Virus record (IMG/VR): IMGVR_UViG_3300037511_000504
Location: 1-47,174 of that record
Reading direction: 5' to 3' (one strand)
Origin: a virus
Taxonomy: Duplodnaviria > Caudoviricetes
DNA: 47,174 nt
This document shows, piece after piece, positions 45,007 to 47,174 of this stretch. A model generated the notes under the pieces. The model did no database searches. It saw nothing but the letters and a program-made list of their open reading frames with translations, and was not told where the DNA came from. Made by a program: the position numbers and the translations under genes. Position 1 is the first letter of the stretch; each line of letters starts with the position of its first letter.

Positions 45007-46650
45007 ATGCCCGACAGCAACCTGGCCCGAGTGGCGGCGTGGCTCGCGGAGGAAGAGCGGAGGAAGGCGGCCAAGCCAGAGGTGCTCGATCGCGCCTACG
45101 CCTATACGCCATACGGCATTCGATCGGTGGACTTCACCACGGCCGGGTTGAGCGCGACCACAGATACAGATCCGAACGGGACACCAGACCCGATCACCCA
45201 CCGCTTCCTGCCTGCAAAGGAGCTGGGGCGGATGGAGGCTTCCTGGGACCCAACCATCAAGCCCCCCAGAGGGAAGCTCCCCTTCATCTCCGGCACGCCC
45301 ACCCATGAGGCTACCAAACCAGCCTTTGCCTACATGCCCAACAGGGCGGATTCTGGCATGGCCGAGGCGATGTCGCAGGCCGCTGAGAAAACGGGCGCCA
45401 TCACGGGCGATGGGCGCTACTTGCTTCCGGCAGGCGTGCTGCCTCGGCCGCGCGCTGATCCGAAGGCCACCTTGGCGAAGGCCCGTGGTCGCAAGGAGGT
45501 GGAGGTCCACTCGACGAAGGAGGGCATCCAGCCCCAGTTCCGCACCCCAATGGATCCGCTCGCGCCTCGCGGGGAGAGCCCGTCTCTTCCACCGCGCGTC
45601 GCCGCACACCTAAAACAGCGACGCGCGCCATCTGGGCTGGAGGCTGCCCAGTCGCAGGCGTGGATGAACCAGCTGGCGGCCGACACCATGGTTGCCGGGG
45701 AGTTCCTCGGAGCTGGCATTGCGGGGGTGAAGCCGCGCCCGGAGATCTACGATCGCTTCCAGGAGCGCGCAGGCCAGCCCGTCACCGACTACCAGCAGCG
45801 CCACTCCGAGGAACGCCAGCAGGAGCAGGACGAGGCGGCCCTGGCGGAGGCTCAGCGGGAGGCCGAGCGCGCAGCGGAGGAGATGGGCTTCAAGAAGAGC
45901 CGGGCCACGGCTGAGGACCAGCTGGCTCGGGATAGGATGGCCCAGGAGAAGAACATCGCCGACGCACGGCTTCGAGCTGATGCGGCGGACCGAGGCCTTC
46001 GGCGCGACGAGATGACGTTCCGGCAGAAGGAGGGGCAGGAACTCAAGCAGCAGATGGCCAACCAGCGGCAGGCTGAGCGCCAGGCCCGCGAGGATGAGCT
46101 GGACATCCAGCGCCTTGGGGCCGCCACCTCCAAGGCCCCGTTCGGCGAGTTCCAGACTGCCCTAGAGGACATTGACAGGCAAATCCCCGGGCTCGCCTAC
46201 GGGCAGGTGCCAAAGGAGGCCCCGTTGGGGGTTGGCGATCGCATCGCGCGCGCCATGGCTCCGGTAGGTGGCGAGTTCTTCATGTCGGACAAAGGCAAGG
46301 CGTACGCCACAGCCATCAGCAACCTCAGGGATCTCGTGTCCCGCATGCGCTCCGGCGCGGTGCTGAACACGGGAGAGGAGCGGCACTACCTCTCCCTACT
46401 GGGAGACCGCGCGCTCTCTGATGAAAGATCCGCTGCGCAGGGCATCAACGCCGTCCGCATGGGCATCGCCCAGAAGCTCCGCAACGCCCAGGGCGGCTTC
46501 CAGAACGTCCTGCCGCGCTACGAGGCCACGGGGGCCACCACCTACCGCGCCCCCATCTTCGGCGCCGCGCCCACGGGCGAGGAAATCCAGATGCCCAACG
46601 GGGACGTGTACGAGGTGCTCAGCGACGGCACCACCCGAAGGAGGCCGTGA
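45007..46650 (+). CDS. Putative ejection/DNA-transfer protein
   Basis: Coiled coil plus LRD..SRMRSGAVLN..E motif; ATG at 45007. Confidence 0.65.
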   Translation: MPDSNLARVAAWLAEEERRKAAKPEVLDRAYAYTPYGIRSVDFTTAGLSATTDTDPNGTPDPITHRFLPAKELGRMEASWDPTIKPPRGKLPFISGTPTHEATKPAFAYMPNRADSGMAEAMSQAAEKTGAITGDGRYLLPAGVLPRPRADPKATLAKARGRKEVEVHSTKEGIQPQFRTPMDPLAPRGESPSLPPRVAAHLKQRRAPSGLEAAQSQAWMNQLAADTMVAGEFLGAGIAGVKPRPEIYDRFQERAGQPVTDYQQRHSEERQQEQDEAALAEAQREAERAAEEMGFKKSRATAEDQLARDRMAQEKNIADARLRADAADRGLRRDEMTFRQKEGQELKQQMANQRQAERQAREDELDIQRLGAATSKAPFGEFQTALEDIDRQIPGLAYGQVPKEAPLGVGDRIARAMAPVGGEFFMSDKGKAYATAISNLRDLVSRMRSGAVLNTGEERHYLSLLGDRALSDERSAAQGINAVRMGIAQKLRNAQGGFQNVLPRYEATGATTYRAPIFGAAPTGEEIQMPNGDVYEVLSDGTTRRRP

Positions 46651-47174
46651 TGGGGCCCACCGTCGAGGAGCTCCTCCGGGCTGGGGGCCAGCGCCGCAAG
46701 CCCCCGCCCCAGGAGCAGGTGGGCGCTGGGGAGACGTTCGTCAACCGCGCCGTGGGCATGGTGCCGGGGGCCAACCGCCTCACCGACGCCATCTCCGCGC
46801 TAGCGCTGGAGGCGGGCTCCAACGGCGGGACGCGCGCCACCCTCACCCCCGAGGCCCGCGCGGAGCTCCAGCGGATAGGCGAGGACGTGCCCGAGAATCA
46901 GGGCCTCATCGACCGGTACCGCGAGGTGCGGGACAGGCGCGCGACGCGGACGGAGGCTGGCTCGGAGCAGAGCCCGTGGGCAGGGCGAGCTGGCGCACTC
47001 ACCGGCTTTGGCCTCTCGCTCTTCGCTCCCCTCCCGAAGGCCTCGGGCACCGGACTGGGGGCCGCGGTGAAGACGGGGGCCGGATATGGTGCTTTTCAGG
47101 GGCTAACCGAGGGCGGGGCGGACCTCACCCGCGGAGAGTTCGGCGAGGCGGCTGGGGACGTGCTCAAGGGCGCG
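46650..47174 (+). CDS. N-terminal part of the large ejection protein that continues at 1-1786
   Basis: TGATG coupling; open frame through the terminal repeat. Confidence 0.75.
   Translation, partial: MGPTVEELLRAGGQRRKPPPQEQVGAGETFVNRAVGMVPGANRLTDAISALALEAGSNGGTRATLTPEARAELQRIGEDVPENQGLIDRYREVRDRRATRTEAGSEQSPWAGRAGALTGFGLSLFAPLPKASGTGLGAAVKTGAGYGAFQGLTEGGADLTRGEFGEAAGDVLKGA
47048..47174. repeat. Terminal direct repeat (copy 2)
   Basis: Identical to 1-127. Confidence 0.95.

Larger units (their letters stand above)
1..47174. mobile_element. Complete podovirus-like tailed phage genome (~47,047 bp), probable myxobacterial host
   Basis: Terminase-portal-scaffold-capsid-adaptor-nozzle-ejection gene order, lambdoid replication/recombination genes, circular overlap and no host housekeeping genes. 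Confidence 0.92.

Noticed and set aside
1-47174. CRISPR array, DGR/retron reverse transcriptase, integrase, stop-codon recoding
   Set aside because: I saw no repeat-spacer array and no RT or integrase motifs, and genes are intact under the standard code.

Overview
This window looks like a complete, circularly assembled high-GC dsDNA phage genome of 47,047 bp. Bases 1-127 recur exactly at 47048-47174, and one ORF reads through the junction. The structural module is podovirus-like: terminase, portal, scaffold, capsid, adaptor, nozzle and four ejection-type proteins, with no tape measure or sheath gene. The early module is lambdoid: a Cro-like HTH, initiator plus DnaC-like loader, YqaJ exonuclease plus RecT, VRR-NUC, DUF5131, and MT-A70 and C5 methyltransferases. 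I found no integrase and no CI repressor. Lipoprotein and kinase-type domains suggest a myxobacterial host (inference). The strongest candidate for an undescribed system is an RNA regulon. At least 10 genes carry an extended RBS (G)GAGGTTCC, and a predicted ~95-nt sRNA at ~12224-12318 carries the exact antisense sequence. Other highlights are a dual-frame C5 methyltransferase, a stand-alone copy of the capsid N-terminus, a protein built from four nested domains, signal-peptide-bearing fibre/esterase genes, a nozzle gene with an optional lipoprotein start, a kinase-less myxobacterial STPK sensor domain and a second sRNA. All calls come from reading motifs by eye; no searches or folding programs were run.
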